64,000 nucleotides of DNA from Phoronis australis (Eukaryota > Animalia > Phoronida), in contig NMRA01000057.1 in NCBI GenBank assembly GCA_002633005.1, positions 1,083,475-1,147,474 on the forward strand, in the 5' to 3' direction. A model generated the notes under the pieces. That model was not told the origin of the DNA and searched no databases. It was given only the letters and a program-made list of their open reading frames with translations. A program made the translations under genes and the position numbers. The number at the start of each line of letters is the position of its first letter. The stretch's first letter is position 1. This document shows, one piece after another, positions 13,965 through 28,529 of the stretch.

Positions 13965-16515
13965 TTAAAGTGAGCCTCACTTTCAGTTTCATGGTGTCAC
14001 TGTCAAGGACTGAGTATATTTTGTTTCGATACAACAGAAATTCTCCACTTATATCACACAAAAAATAACTGCAAAAATGATCATTTTTTAACAGTTGTTC
14101 AATTCCTGCAAATGATGGTAACTTAGTAAATTGAGTTTCCTCTTTTGTTCCTCAAGAGGTTCTCAGCCTACTGGAGCCCCACCTAGTGGTTCTAAACAAA
14201 CCATGTTTCTTCTTGTTTCACAGGTTATTTCCCCATCAGCAACTGTGACAGCCAACTGTCAACAACCAATTCTTAAAACCTAGTGATAATCGTCTGGCAG
14301 TTTATGGTTACATAGGACCTCACAAAATATACAAATTAGGCTAATTTCAGAACATCATTCATATCTCAGAAGTGGCTGATCGGATTCATCACATGCCATA
14401 TTTTTCATGTACTATTCTCCAAAACAACGACAGGATTTTTTGAAATGATCCAGTTTTGTAGGAACAGCTATCAAAAAGGACTTTTGTGACTTCCGTGCAA
14501 AAATTTAAAGATACATATAGCGAAGACGAAATGACAGTGGATATCGTTGTTTTGCTTTCAATATCTTCGTTTTTGCATAATTTTACTAACATGCCATCAT
14601 CACGGTCACACTGCATGGCCCACTAAGTTTGAGACAGATTGTTAAATGTAAAAACCAAATTCTCCAGGCTTTTTTCTTTCAGAAAATGCATGCTTTTACT
14701 GAGATCAAGCCTTTGTGAAGATTGGCTACATACAAGGCTTATTGATCACCATCTAAAGTTGAGACAAGACTGTTATGAAGATTCAGGGGTGTCAGCAATT
14801 TATAGGACAAAGAATGGGCAACAATTATTTCAACTTTAAGTAATATAGAGACTCCAGACACATGCATTCGTGAAGTACACCAACCTTTATACAAGTTTCA
14901 ACACCAACTTCACACTATTCATACCCTGGTTACACATGAATGGCACTGCTTAATTAGTTCCACATGACCGCCTATTTTACAATATTTCACCCCATCTGTT
15001 GAAAATACAACATGATCAATCCCTCTCTATGTAGTACTTTAAGAACGAGAAGAATCCAGTGTTTTACCTTCGCAGCGTACCACAAAAGGGACAAAAGCAC
15101 GGCCTCAAAATTACAATTGCCAGAAGTAAACCTCCAGACAAACCAACGGCTGCTAAGACACTAAAATTCCATACTTCAAAAAATTTACCCTGAAAAACTC
15201 TGGTGCAACTCTGATAAGGGTACAACCTCCTATCCAAGTTAGTCAGGAAAGTTCTGGTTACTATCAACAGGAAATGGAAAGAACCTTAATAAAACTGTTT
15301 ATGCAGACTATAATCACATTGTTGAAAAACACAGAACGATTAATCATGGCATACTTCAATGAGCAGCCAATCAGCAATGTGTGATATGTGATGTCTGACA
15401 TATATACAGATGGCTGTGTCATGAAAACCAATTTCAGACCAATCGACTGGAGTGACAAAATTGAAGAAAACAGGTAGATCAACATTATTCTCTCAAAATG
15501 AAAACAAACTCTGATCCACAGTCAATTGCTCAACAACATGACCTTGAACTTATATCATCAAGTATAAAAATCTACATAACAGACAGCACTAATGCTAGGC
15601 ATTTAAAAAGGCATATTCTAAAAATGTATTACAAAGACTAGTTATCTAACTAACACAGGTTCCTTCTGCGTTTACAAGAGGCACATTTGACATGGAGCAG
15701 CCAACATGGAACAGCTGAGAGGCGCAAGTATGTGACGTGTAAACATGACCGACACGGGGCACGTTGACACGGCGGCGGCCATGTTTGACACCGGTATGAG
15801 AGGTAGAGCAAGTTGCACTCAATCAGTTGCTTCAGTTCCAACGGTATATGCCTAAACATTAACTTAGGCATGACAGAAGAGATCATATTTTATTGCTCTT
15901 CAATAGTATACATATGGGTGACCACATTGTTTAGGACGTTCGCCAAGGTTAATCAGAACATTCCCAGACAGTCTTCGGAAAATAGATGTCTGTGCTGATA
16001 CAGATTCAGATAATGTTATGGACATTCAACTTAAGTGCAGCAACTTGTGAAAGGGACTAATAAACACAGCCAAAGCTACATAACGATTTGTGGCAATTGT
16101 GGGCAGTTGTGATATCACTTCTTGTATTAATCTTCAGATGAAATAAAGAGTTTGAAAAAATGGTACGTTTACACATCTTATGTCCACTTTTTCACTTCAT
16201 ACTTCCTGCTCAGCATTTTGCCTAACCAGTCCATTTGCTCAACAGGAAGCTCTAGTGTGTAGCCATACTGAACTGCTTAACTGAGATACCAGCATGCCAC
16301 TGGGAAACCTTATACCCTGCTATAGTTTGACCAGATGGTATACACAGACAAGAGATAAGGGATTCACATCATTCTAATTGAAGTCTGGCATCTGGCTAAA
16401 AATTTATGAGCAGGAATCCTGACAAAGGAAATTCAATGACTTTCTGTTTGGATGTTAGGTGACCTTTATTTTAGTATTTTGCATCACTACCTAAAGGAAA
16501 TGCCGGTGTTCTGTG

Positions 16516-16619
16516 TAAGTCATTTGCAGGGGACCCCACATTTTGAGAACCAGTTTTCTCCATTGAATAACGTGTATCAAACTGGTTCTTAAAATCCAGG
16601 GACCTCTGTAAGTGACTTA
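16516..16619. mobile_element. Small palindromic MITE
   Basis: aagtcatttgcaggggaccccacattttgagaaccagttt is an inverted match to aaactggttcttaaaatccagggacctctgtaagtgactt, with TA at both ends. Confidence 0.6.
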
Positions 16620-19600
16620 ATTCTTGTGTTGATAATACGTTCTCCACAACCTGTTTTGACTGTCCTAGTCACAAGTTTGAATTGCATCTGGACACATTTG
16701 CCTTGATTCGAGTTTGGAAAACTATACAACGACTTTTACTTTTGGAAGATTTTTTTCTTAACCAAATTTAGATATTATAGACTTTTGCCATCAGTATAAT
16801 TGCATATTTCCCAGGCTTAAATGAACAAGCTCCCCATAGAAAAGGCACTGACTTTCAATCATGTTCATGAATTTCTTAATTCCCCTAGAGTTTGAATTTT
16901 CTGAGGTGGAGAAGTCACTGGGTATTGTGATGGTATCAATTGGCAGTATCATATCAGCATTGGTATCAGCACTTGTGTAATTAGTTTCAGTATCAGTATC
17001 AGTCTGGGTATCTGAGTATATCGAGTATCATTTTCTTACAAATTATAAAATCATCATCCAACCTGTACATTCAGTCAGACATAAATGTAGGGGAATATTC
17101 CAGGAAGAAATGACTGACTGACCTTGGAGAAACCCTATTTTCACAGCTTGTATTGGCATCTCACAATTCAATGGATCAGCGCTATTTAGGACAAAGTTCT
17201 GTGACCACAACTACAGTAAGAATATAAATGTCTAACCAACACTGTAGGATTCCAATCAGACAAGATGTTCAACATTCCTGACAGTTGACTGCTGACAGAT
17301 ACCTACCCCTACTCCTGGTATATCCAGTTAATTGTCTGCAATAACATTCAATTGGTATGCATTCCTTGCACACCATCAGACCATGGTCTCCACTAATGAC
17401 AGAAGACAGCAGTGACAGTTTCTTTATACAACTCCAGCCTAGACAACTTATCAATGGAATGCAAAAATGACAGAAACACAATTTTCCAAGAAACAGATTT
17501 TACCCCACAGAAATGAGCAGCAGTTTACTGGACACTGTCTGAATGTTCCAATTAGAACAGAGGTCTACCATTCTTTCAGGACCACAAAACTGCACAATGC
17601 AAGAGAGGATTTGGAGCAGTCTAAACTTGGGATGATCCCCCACCTTATGGTGGACATGCCAGGACTCTAACACAAGGCATGAGACAGTCATGTGGTCATT
17701 ATCAAAGCCAGGTCTCCAGTAAATCTGACTGGTGATCCCCACCTTAGGATGTGCCATGTAGTCTTAACAAGTAGTAAAACCAATTTCATAACTTGATATG
17801 CATTTCTGTAAAACAAATATAATTTCATGGAATCTATCACAGGAAACCAGACAATGGTTGGTTTTGAGCTGATTTCACTATCATTGTGTAAACACTAGGT
17901 AAATGTCAATAATTTATGAAATAGAAACAATGGCCAGGTCCCTGTGATAAAATACCAAGTTAGTTTGAACCTCCACACCAAACAATGACAGGCCAAACAA
18001 ACTTGTGTCCCATGCACTCTAAACCCAAAGCAATAACTGTGACATTGTAGCAATCATTGAAACTTAAAATCCTTCAGCAATTCACATGTGTGAATTCAAT
18101 ACCCAAAAATACCGATAAGATACAACAATTCTCCACTTATTTAGCAGACTCACCTCATTTCGAACACTCAAAATTATTTCTAAAGAAAGTATTATTATAT
18201 ATTTTGTCTCTTACTTGTTTTGCAGGAGGCTTTGTACTTTGTTGGTGGGAATTTCTTGCTTCACCTAATTCGCACACAGTCAGTTTTGTACATAAGACAA
18301 CACTCACTCAAAATCCAGACATTAATTCCGGTAATAAACACCTCTTTAACTGCATTAATAAAATTTGAACATTGTATATTCACCAATCACCAGTTTCACC
18401 ACTTAATTCATCCATTTGACAATGGGATTTATCCTGCTGTAGTAAATACCAGGTGACCTGGAAGAGCCATGTGTCATCTAATATGTCCAAAAGAGAGTTT
18501 CATCAATGAAGAAGCAAAGAATTCCTTCTTATATTGGGCCAGGATAAAGTAATTAAGTTTCTGTTTATTGCATCATATTGGCAACCCCTGGCAGCATTTC
18601 ATTAAATTCGCACATGGGCAATGCTAACTCAGTTATCTCCCATACCCATAAACTATGAAGTCTATATATTCAGTTAATTTGACACACCTCGACTATCAGG
18701 AATTTTGTGCAAAGTGAGTGGAGAATTACCATATCTCGTTTTTCTTACAAATACATTTTCATAGTAAACCATACCACATTAGGGGTGTTCATTATACAAT
18801 ACGACTTTCTACAGTACATAACAACTAAAACGAAAAAGAACTCCCACCTCTACAGAAACTAATTTAAGAATTCTTGACAAAAAAACTACGAATGTCATTT
18901 TCCATCAAAAATTATGTTTGCGAGACCTATAAGGTCTTGCACACAGACACTTTAGCCATTATCCAGAGATTCCAACTGTCAACTGTATAGTAGTGACCAA
19001 GGATCTGTAGTCACATACTGACTCAGGATGAAAACAGACTGAGAGCGATCCTTCAGTCCCTGGCTCGGGATATCTCTGCTGAGGACAGTGAGGTATACGG
19101 AACAGACTGTACGCTTTCAAAACCAACCTGTCTGGGTGCATGTACAGACAGCGACTGCACACGCACCTTGCAGTCGGGAGGTAGCAATTAGTACGAAAAA
19201 TGTCCTTTTGTCTATCCCATCCTGAGGTCCCTTTTAATGCATTTTTTGTTTTTCTATATATAATTCAACTGACCGTAGTTAAACAATGACCATGGGTCTA
19301 TCTAGCACAAAAGATTTCCAAGCTTCGCATTTATCTTCTAGTACAGTTTTCTTATCATTACACACCCAATTCATTACAGTCAAGACGAGGCTGTCTCTTC
19401 CGTTCATGCAAATCTCAGGACGCGACTCACATTTCTATTGAAGAATGGACAGCGACTGCAACTTCACATTGCCAAATTCATCCGTGACAAGGCAAGTGGG
19501 AAAATAGAACGGTCACCAGATATTCAATAGATAACTTGTTCTCCAACTTTTAGTCACGTTACAACCCACAAAATGCAACAGACAATTTTTGGAAAAACGT

Positions 19601-21224
19601 TCTATTCTGGACTTCTGACTCTTTCAAAGATATTTTCTAATTTAACAGCCTATGAATGCCAAAGGGACCCTTGAACACCGATTTAAATCCAGTCATAACT
19701 TCAGATAAGACGAAAACATGCACTTCACATCCAATAAACCCCTAGACCTGTCTGTCTGCTCTCTTAAAATGCTTCCAGTGGATCCCAGTACCTTAATCTG
19801 AAACAAAAATGAACTTACCTTCAAGAAATTACAGCTAAATTACAGGCCAAACCATATACACAAGCACCGCAGTCACCACCTGAAAATCGAAATTAAAACA
19901 GCCTTCAGAGTTAACAGCTGACAGCTCAGTCAAGACTCAAAAGTCAGCATTCAGCAGTTCAATTATAAAATGACTCATAACAAGAGATAGCACATGACCC
20001 CATTTACAGGGGTCACAGTACCAGCAGGTTGTAGCTAGCGACACCTGGTGTTGTTGGGTAATAACAAGTGGTCCTTGCTGCAGGAGGGTGACATATGTAC
20101 ATGTAGGACACTAGAAAGATATCCGAATTTGGCTAACTTCAGAAGATCATATAACCGAAGTAGATGATCAGATTCAAACGAACTTTTGGATGATATGCTT
20201 TATACACTGTTTTCAAAACAGAGTTAAGGATGTTTTATAAATCCTTAATCCTTAATTAAAATTTTCAGATTGATCCACTTTTGCACGAGGGGCAATAAGA
20301 ACATGACTTACCTATGATATTTATAAAAAATTAATAAGCCCAACATAAAACAACAACAAAAATAGCATCTTTGACAATTCATCTTGAACATTTGTAACAA
20401 AAACAATATTTGGCCGTGTTACAGACACAGTAGCTTTGCCATAACTAATTGTTTTTTGCTAGATTATATAGCTTGAGTGTGTTATTAGAATGTGCATGAG
20501 ACAAAAGAACAATTTCATGTAATGAACATGGGTATTTAACTATTTTACCAGTCAAATAAGGCATTAGGAACAGCTGAATGTGACCAATCGTTACTCAAAG
20601 GTAGGCGAGAAGGGTGCATTTTCAGCAACAATTCAAATGACATTCACAAAGAAACAAGCACTTATAAGGAAGTGTCGGCTGGATAATTTGGGGGCAGGCG
20701 GAAAGTCGAGCATGGGTGTTTAAAAGCGTAAATTTGGAAATCTCAGGGGTGGGTGGTCAGTGAAGCATTGGTATTGACCAGGACGAGTACAATAAATAGT
20801 TTCCGTGCAATGAAACTCACTTCAAAAGCAATTTATTCCATAACTTTTGAGTTACAGACCAAATGAGGCAATACAACATTCCCTCCTGCCACACGGTAGA
20901 GATTCATGGCTGCCTAGCATCAAACCAGTCAAAATGGCCAACAGAGCTCTCAGAGCAGGATGAAGTAAGATGTTTCAATAAAGAATTACCGCGAATGATC
21001 ACCCATATTAACCTGTGCAGCATGAAAGATTCCTTTCTTCCACACTGGTATATCCCAGGCTCACAACAAGAATGGCCATTGTTCTGGGAATTCATTTCAC
21101 ATCACAAGACTCGTGTTTACTTTGACCAGCATTTGTTAGAAGAACTGATGAGAGTTCTGAAACAAAGGGCTGACACTTCTGGTTTAAGTACTGTGAGTGC
21201 ATGACATGTACATGTAAGTCTGGG

Positions 21225-21545
21225 TTAGACGTAGATAGTGCCACCATCTCTACTTAGCAGTAGCCGTGATACTCCTTCCTTTAGGGCCTTCATACGCGGG
21301 AAGCTTTTAGAGGAATTATGCCTCACACTGATTAAACCTCCTAAGTCAAGCTGTTTTAAGTACCGGCTTTTGCGCATGCAGGGGCAACTTAGGCGATGTC
21401 ATATCCCCTGGCATGTGCCGTGTAAAAATGGGCAGTTGCCGATTTGGGCGCAACTGAATGAAAGACTGCTCGAACAAAAGTTTGATTACAGGAATATTTG
21501 CTCGAGTTGGAAGAAATAAAAGACATTGACGGCCTTCTAATGTGA
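21225..21545. mobile_element. Fragment of long-TIR MITE family
   Basis: Contains gaagctttt..gaattatgcctcacactgattaaa and gactgctcgaacaaaagtttgattacaggaatatttgctcgagttggaagaaataaaagaca, shared with 26460-27020 and 9235-9963. Confidence 0.65.
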
Positions 21546-23099
21546 GACCAAGGTAACAGACTGTTTAGGTTTGCCAATATTTGATCATAAATTAATTACC
21601 ATTCGTGTTTACGAATGACAACGCGTCGTCCGTCTCCAGCTGCAAATTCAATTAACCTCCGACAGACGACACGACATCACATGCACTGAGCGGAGCTATC
21701 AGCCACAAGAATGGTGAAGCGACACTCAACTTAGTGAACTTTTGGAGAACGTGCGGAAGCAGGCAGACCGCCATGGTGCCTTAAGAGCCCAGTCTACTGG
21801 ACACAACTTTTTGAAAAAAGGAACACTTTTTGTCATCAAGTGTGCCCAAAGGGCACAGGTTCAAACCTGGTCACGAATGTTCCTGCTTTCTGGTTATATT
21901 CCTATCCTCCATGAAGCATGTCACGATACGAAAATAACTTCAAATGGCAAAGAACTCCAACCCAAGTTTTTTGCGTCACCATAAAGTTGGCACGCGACTT
22001 GCAAAAAGTACCATGGGAAGATATCCAATGAAATTTGTAAAATTTGTGTTCCTTAGAGTTTTGCTCATCAACAGGCGTAATTTTCAGTTTGCGTAACTTC
22101 CTCAAAAATGGCACCCGGTGACTGGGAAACTCGAGTGAACCACGGCAGATTTTTATGGATATGTTCATATTATGTTTCAGACTAAATTGTCTCCATAGTC
22201 ATGATTATGAGTTAATTACACATCAGTGTGTATATATGCATGTTTCGTTCGATGTTATTTTGTGATAAATAACTTTTTTATAGGGAAAATACTATCGCCT
22301 GCCTGCATGCGTATGCCCAAGGCGTACAAGACGATGCCTTTTGCCTTAGATTTTGCATACACCCTGCCCTGTAGTAAGCTCATGACGATGTGGAGCAGAG
22401 CCACTCGGGTGGTGTGAAATTTCGAGGTCTATCCCCTACAGTATCTGACTGTAAAAAGACTTAGGCCTAACTTCTACTTTTAAGCAGGTCACCTCCAGAA
22501 TCTCACCGACTTCAGAGTTGTCAGCCTTGACATTCACTGAAAATAACTAGTTCTCTACTGGCAAATCGAAACAGCTACAGCTAATTTTTACCTCCCGTTT
22601 TCATCGTCTTACCTGTTCAAATTGCAATTGCAAAATTTAAGAACAACAACACAGACAAAAAGTAAACATGCGTACAGCAATAATAGCACGCCTCTTTCTG
22701 GTGATGGCCGTCAAGATTTGGCCTTCCGGATATGCCCTCTTTTGTCAATATATGGAAGTATGCTGGAGGTTATCGGCAAACATCAAAAGCTCGGTGTTGT
22801 TCTCAGTGATATTTGATTAATCGATAACTACTTACAGTATTCGAAAAAACAAAAAAATGAGTTTAATTATGATCTGTACTGACTCTTGTTTATGAAGTGT
22901 CCAGCAGCGCATATATAGCGACCTCTTTCATCAATACCTGATAGAGAAATCAGCGTACCGGGTACGTTGCCGGCCGGGCTATCCCGGCATTGCGGCCAAA
23001 ATGACATGTACATATTGCTCGGAAGCATTGTCGAAGAAAAGTTCTTCGGTCGCTTGCAGTTTTATACGCTGCCATTTCAAGAAAGATCCGTCGCCACTA

Positions 23100-24053
23100 G
23101 TTGTCTAACAATGCCTTTTTAGCATCTGGTTTGGAAAGGAGTTCTAGTTCACTCAAGTGGGGACCAGTGTGTTGATATACCGAGGTATTTATAAACAATA
23201 TTTTTATGCCTTGCATGCCAAATGCAACTTCACAATGATGCAGATGACAATACAATTTTATATGTCGACCATAGTCAGGAAATGTTAAGAGAGCTAATGA
23301 TCTTTGTGAAGCTGGCAATTTTAGTTACAGTGGCTGTGTGTGCCTTTTCTGCGGCGCGACGTCGAACACTGCAAAACTCGAGCGCCTCCTGTACAGGGCA
23401 CTCATTTTCGTAGCATATACTATTGTAAGCCAGCACTGCGTGTATTATAAAGACTAGTTGCCAACCGACTAGAGCGACGTCTTTCATGAAAATGAGGTTT
23501 GTAGGACTGGAGTGCGAGCTACACTGAACTCCTTGCTAGAGAGCAGATCTCCCTACCCTTGAACTGTCTAGAAAGCGCGCGATCTTTCTAGAGGTGTACA
23601 AATCGTATCATCACTTGGCACCTGTGGGATCTCTTTGAGGAAAAAGTGTCTCATTATAATCTTAGCAATAAATCTGTGCTACGTGTGAAACAATGTAGAA
23701 AAGCCTGTGCGCCAAGGTTTAAACTCTTTGTCGGTGTACGGCGCTACTAAACTCTGGAACTCTCTTCCCAATGAGTCCAAGTTCATGGATTATAAACTTT
23801 TTAAGACTTTTATTAAATCTTGGACAGAACCACCGTGCAGGTGCGGTGCATGCAGATTTTAAATCCGGTGTGCATGTTTGCGTGTGTGTATGCCATACTT
23901 TCATGATATCTCATCTACATGTGTTTGGTTTTTCATTATTTTATTATTTATTCGTTTTATGTTATTATCTACAGTCGGTGATATTAGCCGTTGGCTAGTG
24001 TTTGTCTGTTTTGTCAAACTGACTATAAATAAAGAGATTGATTGATTGATTGA
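23100..24053 (+). mobile_element. 5'-truncated, decayed CR1/L2-group LINE
   Basis: Degenerate YADD motif (LHNDADDNTI, ~23228-23257) and C-terminal fragments LLERADLPTLEL, LEVYKS, KLWNSLPNE and FIKSWTEPPCRCGAC. These are followed by AATAAA and an (ATTG)n tail ending near 24053. Confidence 0.8.
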
Positions 24054-25996
24054 GATTCGTTACTTTGTGATGATGTCACGATTCCATTTGTGAATTTTGC
24101 ATGTGACTCCTAGTGGTGTCGCTAGAGCCCTTAAGCAGTAACTTTCCATAAATATGTTGATAAACGCCAAAGCAGTCCAATATGTTTGGATACTGAACGA
24201 TTCAGTTTCGTAATTAACAAAGTTCGTGTTTCATGGTCACCAATCTGAAATTCAAATTTGGTATTAAGGACAAACACTCTGCTTTTCCAATAGAGTTGAA
24301 TTTCACACGGAATGAGGTCAATAATTATAGAGCTTAAGCTACATAATTTGTGGCACATAAAAGTATTTTTAAAGTATTTCTTGAAACATCAGGCTGCGTT
24401 GGATTTGTCATTGATAGTGGCTCAAACTGATGTAAGGCATTACGGATAATTCAGGGGGTTTTATAGACTTCGCCGTTTTCGTCACAAAGAGCAGTGATCG
24501 TCGCATTTGTCAAGCGCCCAACCTTCAATGGCATTATTTTTCAGCATTTTTACCGCAATTTCACAGGCAGCTTCTATTGTTTGAGCCGTATCTATTGGCC
24601 ATGGCCGAGTCTTTCGTTTCAAATCGCTCTCTCTCTTTTCCTACCTCCTCCGTTGCAGATAGGCGACTTCAACTGAGAAATACTTTATAATCAAAGAAAT
24701 TAAACTTTTTCAACTGGGCTACTGTACTTATTAATCAAAATCTTTAGGCTCTACGTAACGTCTCGCTCTCATCTTGAGGAATGATTGAATGATTGGAATG
24801 GCGGGCCAAATGGAACGTCTCGCTGTATTCTCGCGAAATACGGTCTGTAGTAGGGGTCCGGGCAATAGACAGTGCATTCAAAACTCCTAAGAAGGGAGCG
24901 GGGCAGTCCCGAGAGCTTAAGGATTTTAGTTAGTAAGTACCATAGTCAAGCTGGTCAGTTTTAATTTCTTTGATAATGAACTTTCATGGATGGATAAAGA
25001 TTTGCGTACAGTTCACGAGAATTACTTTCTTTGTTTGTCAGTGCGCTATTAATTCCGTGGGTGATTGAACTCGGTGAGTCAGGTCGGAGTGATTTTTTTA
25101 GGCGGATTACGTATCATAATCATAGAAAAGTAAGATAACCACACTTTTCAAATTTTGCTACCATGAATATCCATGGTTACGTCGAACGACGGGACTTTAA
25201 TAATTGAAAGAATGTACATGAAAATGGAAAAGAACGTCTATGAGTGCCATCGCCTTCTGAAATGGACCCTTATGTTTAATTTCGAAAATGGGAACGAGCG
25301 AAAATCTTCAGGTCTTCGTACGTCAAGGGTCTCAGTATTAACTGATAATACTTTCAGAAAACGGAAAAGGGCGATTCGTTTATCCCACATCCGAGAGGGG
25401 TCCCTGGAGAAAGGGAATGTTGCACCAGCGTCTAAAAGTTTCTTTCCTGAATTTAAAAGTATGTATTAATATACATATTAAACTTTCTTGGCTGGTACTT
25501 GTAAGATGATAAAGAACTCGTGTCAGGACCATACATACTGCCAGGCATAATGCTTTCTAGCGCTTTCTGGGCTCAACTCTAGTATGCATTGTACATTGAG
25601 TTTTTTAAGTAATAAGCAATATAAAAAATACTACAGCCGAATTTCAACTCAAAGACTGGAGGCCCGGCCACCGATCAAAAATGCTCTGCCTGGCACTCTA
25701 AGAGTAAATTCGGCACGGGTTCACGGTTGATGAATGTTTTCTATCCTTATTCTACTCTATACCACGTGTTCCATTGGTTCCTTCTCTCAATGTTTCCCCA
25801 ATCTGGCAGGTAACTTTCCCTTAACATGTCTGTCATCGCCCAGCTTTCGACCCATACGCCTGCAAATTTTGGCGGCACGAGCACTCCGACACCCCGTGGT
25901 TCCTTGTTACCTAGGTACCGTGCTGATTGAGTGGGCATGCACTGATAACTGTTTCAAATACATCATGTATTTCGATTTGCCTAAAAAAACAGTTTC

Positions 25997-26157
25997 CAGG
26001 GGTGGATCCTGGATTTGTGTTAGGGGGGACCAGGGCAGAGTATTAGCGGGATTTTGCCCTTCAGATATTCTTACCCCCAAACTGCCAAATGGAATCTGGG
26101 AGAATTTTAGGGGGGGGGGGGCATAGCCCCGTTAGCCCCCTTCTAAATCCGACACTG
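25997..26157 (+). mobile_element. MITE, CAGGGG(C/T)GGATC family, 5-bp TSD gtttc
   Basis: caggggtggatcc...aaatccgacactg with gtttc immediately on both sides. Internal sequence is shared with the copies at 28364 and 39415. Confidence 0.75.
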
Positions 26158-26459
26158 GTTTCTTTCACGGATTCCACGCTTGAATTTATACGTTACGCAC
26201 CAACACACTTCACTCTAAGCTGAGTCCGCGTACAAGTAAAAAATTATCGCATTCCACATAGCTTCAGTTGTCAACTCGCCTTGCACCAGTAATTTTTTGG
26301 CATTAGAATGTCGTTCGGATGCCCTTGACTACTTCTCATGTACGATAATACTCCAAGCGTGGTGGTCCTACATGTACATGTATAACTAAATGATGAATAT
26401 AAGTGCACAATACTGCGCCAAGATTTAAAAGCACTCGTTGTAATAGACAGTGACCAACC

Positions 26460-27020
26460 GTACCGTCCCTAGCTGGCAGTAGACACGGAAGCTTTTCGCG
26501 AATTATGCCTCACACTGATTAAAACATCAAATTAAAGTCACGTTGTTATACTGAGGACCTCTTGCGCACAGAGGGACACTCAAATTAGGAGGCCGTTGAT
26601 GTCTTTAATTCCTTCCAACTCGAACAAATACTCTCGTTATTAAACTTTTTCTTTGAGCTCTCCTTCGTTTTCAGTGAGGTAACTTGCCATGTTTACACTG
26701 CGCGCCCTCCTATTTTTACCGCGCCCGCCAGGAGCATGCGCACTGTTAAAAATCATAGCAACCGATCGCTGGATCTGAACAGGACTGCTCAAAGAAAAAG
26801 TTTGATAACGGGAGTATTTGTTCGAGTTGGAAGGAATTAAAGACACCGAAGGCTTCCTAAAGTATCCTTCTCGCAAAAAACTTATAACAACGTGACTTAG
26901 ACGTTTTAATCAGTGTGAGGCATAATTCGCCGAGAAACTTTCGGCGTATGAAGCTCGCATGATAGGAGCTTTAGTCGCCGTCTCTACAACCAGCTAGAGA
27001 CGATGCTCACCGTCTAAATT
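26460..27020. mobile_element. Long-TIR MITE (most complete copy, arms ~170-200 bp)
   Basis: 26484-26658 (ggaagcttttcgcgaattatgcctcacactgattaaaac...ttccaactcgaacaaatactc...ctttgagc) is the inverted counterpart of 26787-26950. Confidence 0.75.
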
Positions 27021-28046
27021 CAGAATGGCACGCTGTAGGCTAAGGACGTACGTTGCTTTCACACACAAATTTGTGTGTGTGTGTGTGGGACATCATTGCG
27101 CATGCATTAGCTTGCACGGTCGTCATTGCGGCAGTGGTGCGGGAATGAGCCGGGAACGTATTGTGATTGTTTTAGTTGATGCCTTAATCACAGAGCACGA
27201 ACCTGTGAAATGCTGGCCGGAAGTATTCCTCAAATCCCAACCGTTCCAGAATGCAGAAGGTTGACCAAGACCCTACTTGTACCACTGACGTCACAGGGAT
27301 GCTGGCGCCCCTATTGTGTAGGTCAGGAAAATTCACGAGCCGAGTTCATGAACATTGGCCTGCCACTTACTATTAACAAGGAATGTAGTTCGCAAACTCC
27401 TTGCTATTAATGGATGTCAATTAAGCAGCATCAGACGATCGAGTCGCAGATATTTGTAACAAATAATGCTTTTTATCCCACACGCGTTGAATCAGTAAAG
27501 GGAAATACGGCCATGTATATGTTTTCCGCATTCACCTCCCGCACTACTTCAACGGCGAAAGTTTAAAAGGTAGGTCAATGTCTATATAGGTGGTTCGATC
27601 ATCAAACTTTCGGAAAATAGTTTAAAGTAATGCAATTGCAAAATTGTGAGTAACACTTAGCATGCAATCAGGTCTCAGTCGTAACATCCAGAACAGGGAC
27701 TGTTAATTACCGGGTGTATGACAGTTGTGTCACAGTTTTCAATTGCTAATAATAGGTCGTCTGCAACTCAGGCGCGGATTTCTCGGTAACTGCAACGTGA
27801 AATATTGTTGTTACTTAACTATTTTCGGGAAATGTTACCAGTTACCGTTGCTTTCATCTTTGTTATCTCTTTTCAAGTAGAAATCGTTACATTTAAAACT
27901 GTTTCTTTACTAGAGTAAACTTGCAACCTAACGCGCAAGTACAAAGATATAGGATGCGAACCAACGCGTGAATGGTCTGAGTGAAGTATTTGAAAAAATT
28001 GCCATAAAAATGAAGGAAACTTAGGAATTTGATGCGTATGGGATAA

Positions 28047-28180
28047 ACGTACCGAGAGTGGCGTAGATGAAGTAATATCCCACTCGACATTATTCCGCGT
28101 ATCTAGACCGAAGGTCGAGGTGGAGGCCGTGGATTAATGTCTCGTGGGATATTACTTCATCTACGCCACTCTCGGTATGT
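28047..28180. repeat. Near-perfect palindrome (~50 bp arms), possibly a Crypton-like non-autonomous element end
   Basis: taccgagagtggcgtagatgaagtaatatccca / tgggatattacttcatctacgccactctcggta is a perfect 33-bp inverted repeat, with gaccgaaggtcgagg in the loop. The Crypton assignment is tentative. Confidence 0.75.
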
Positions 28181-28363
28181 TTTGTGTATATGTTGCGCCC
28201 TTCATCAATCCTGAAAAGTTCAGAATTAAGAACATATTTGTGATATGTTACTTATAGTGAATTCTGAGGTTGTAAGAATAATTTTGCTCAGTTTCTTAAT
28301 TCTTGCGTCCGCATGTTGTTGGGGTAGGTTACGAGTATGCAGCAGTTGTGTTTACGTTTCATC

Positions 28364-28529
28364 CAGGGGTGGATCTAGGATTTTGAGTTGGGAGAGCAGA
28401 GCACGAGCCGAGTATTAGCCAGAATTTTGCCCGTCAGACACTCGCACCCCCGAACTAGTGCCAAATGTAATCTAAGAGAATTCTAGGAGGGGGCATGGCC
28501 CCCTTGGCCCCCCTCTAAATCCGCCACAG
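28364..28529 (+). mobile_element. MITE, CAGGGG(C/T)GGATC family, 5-bp TSD tcatc
   Basis: caggggtggatctagg...ctaaatccgccacag flanked by tcatc/tcatc. Homologous to 25997-26157. Confidence 0.75.
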
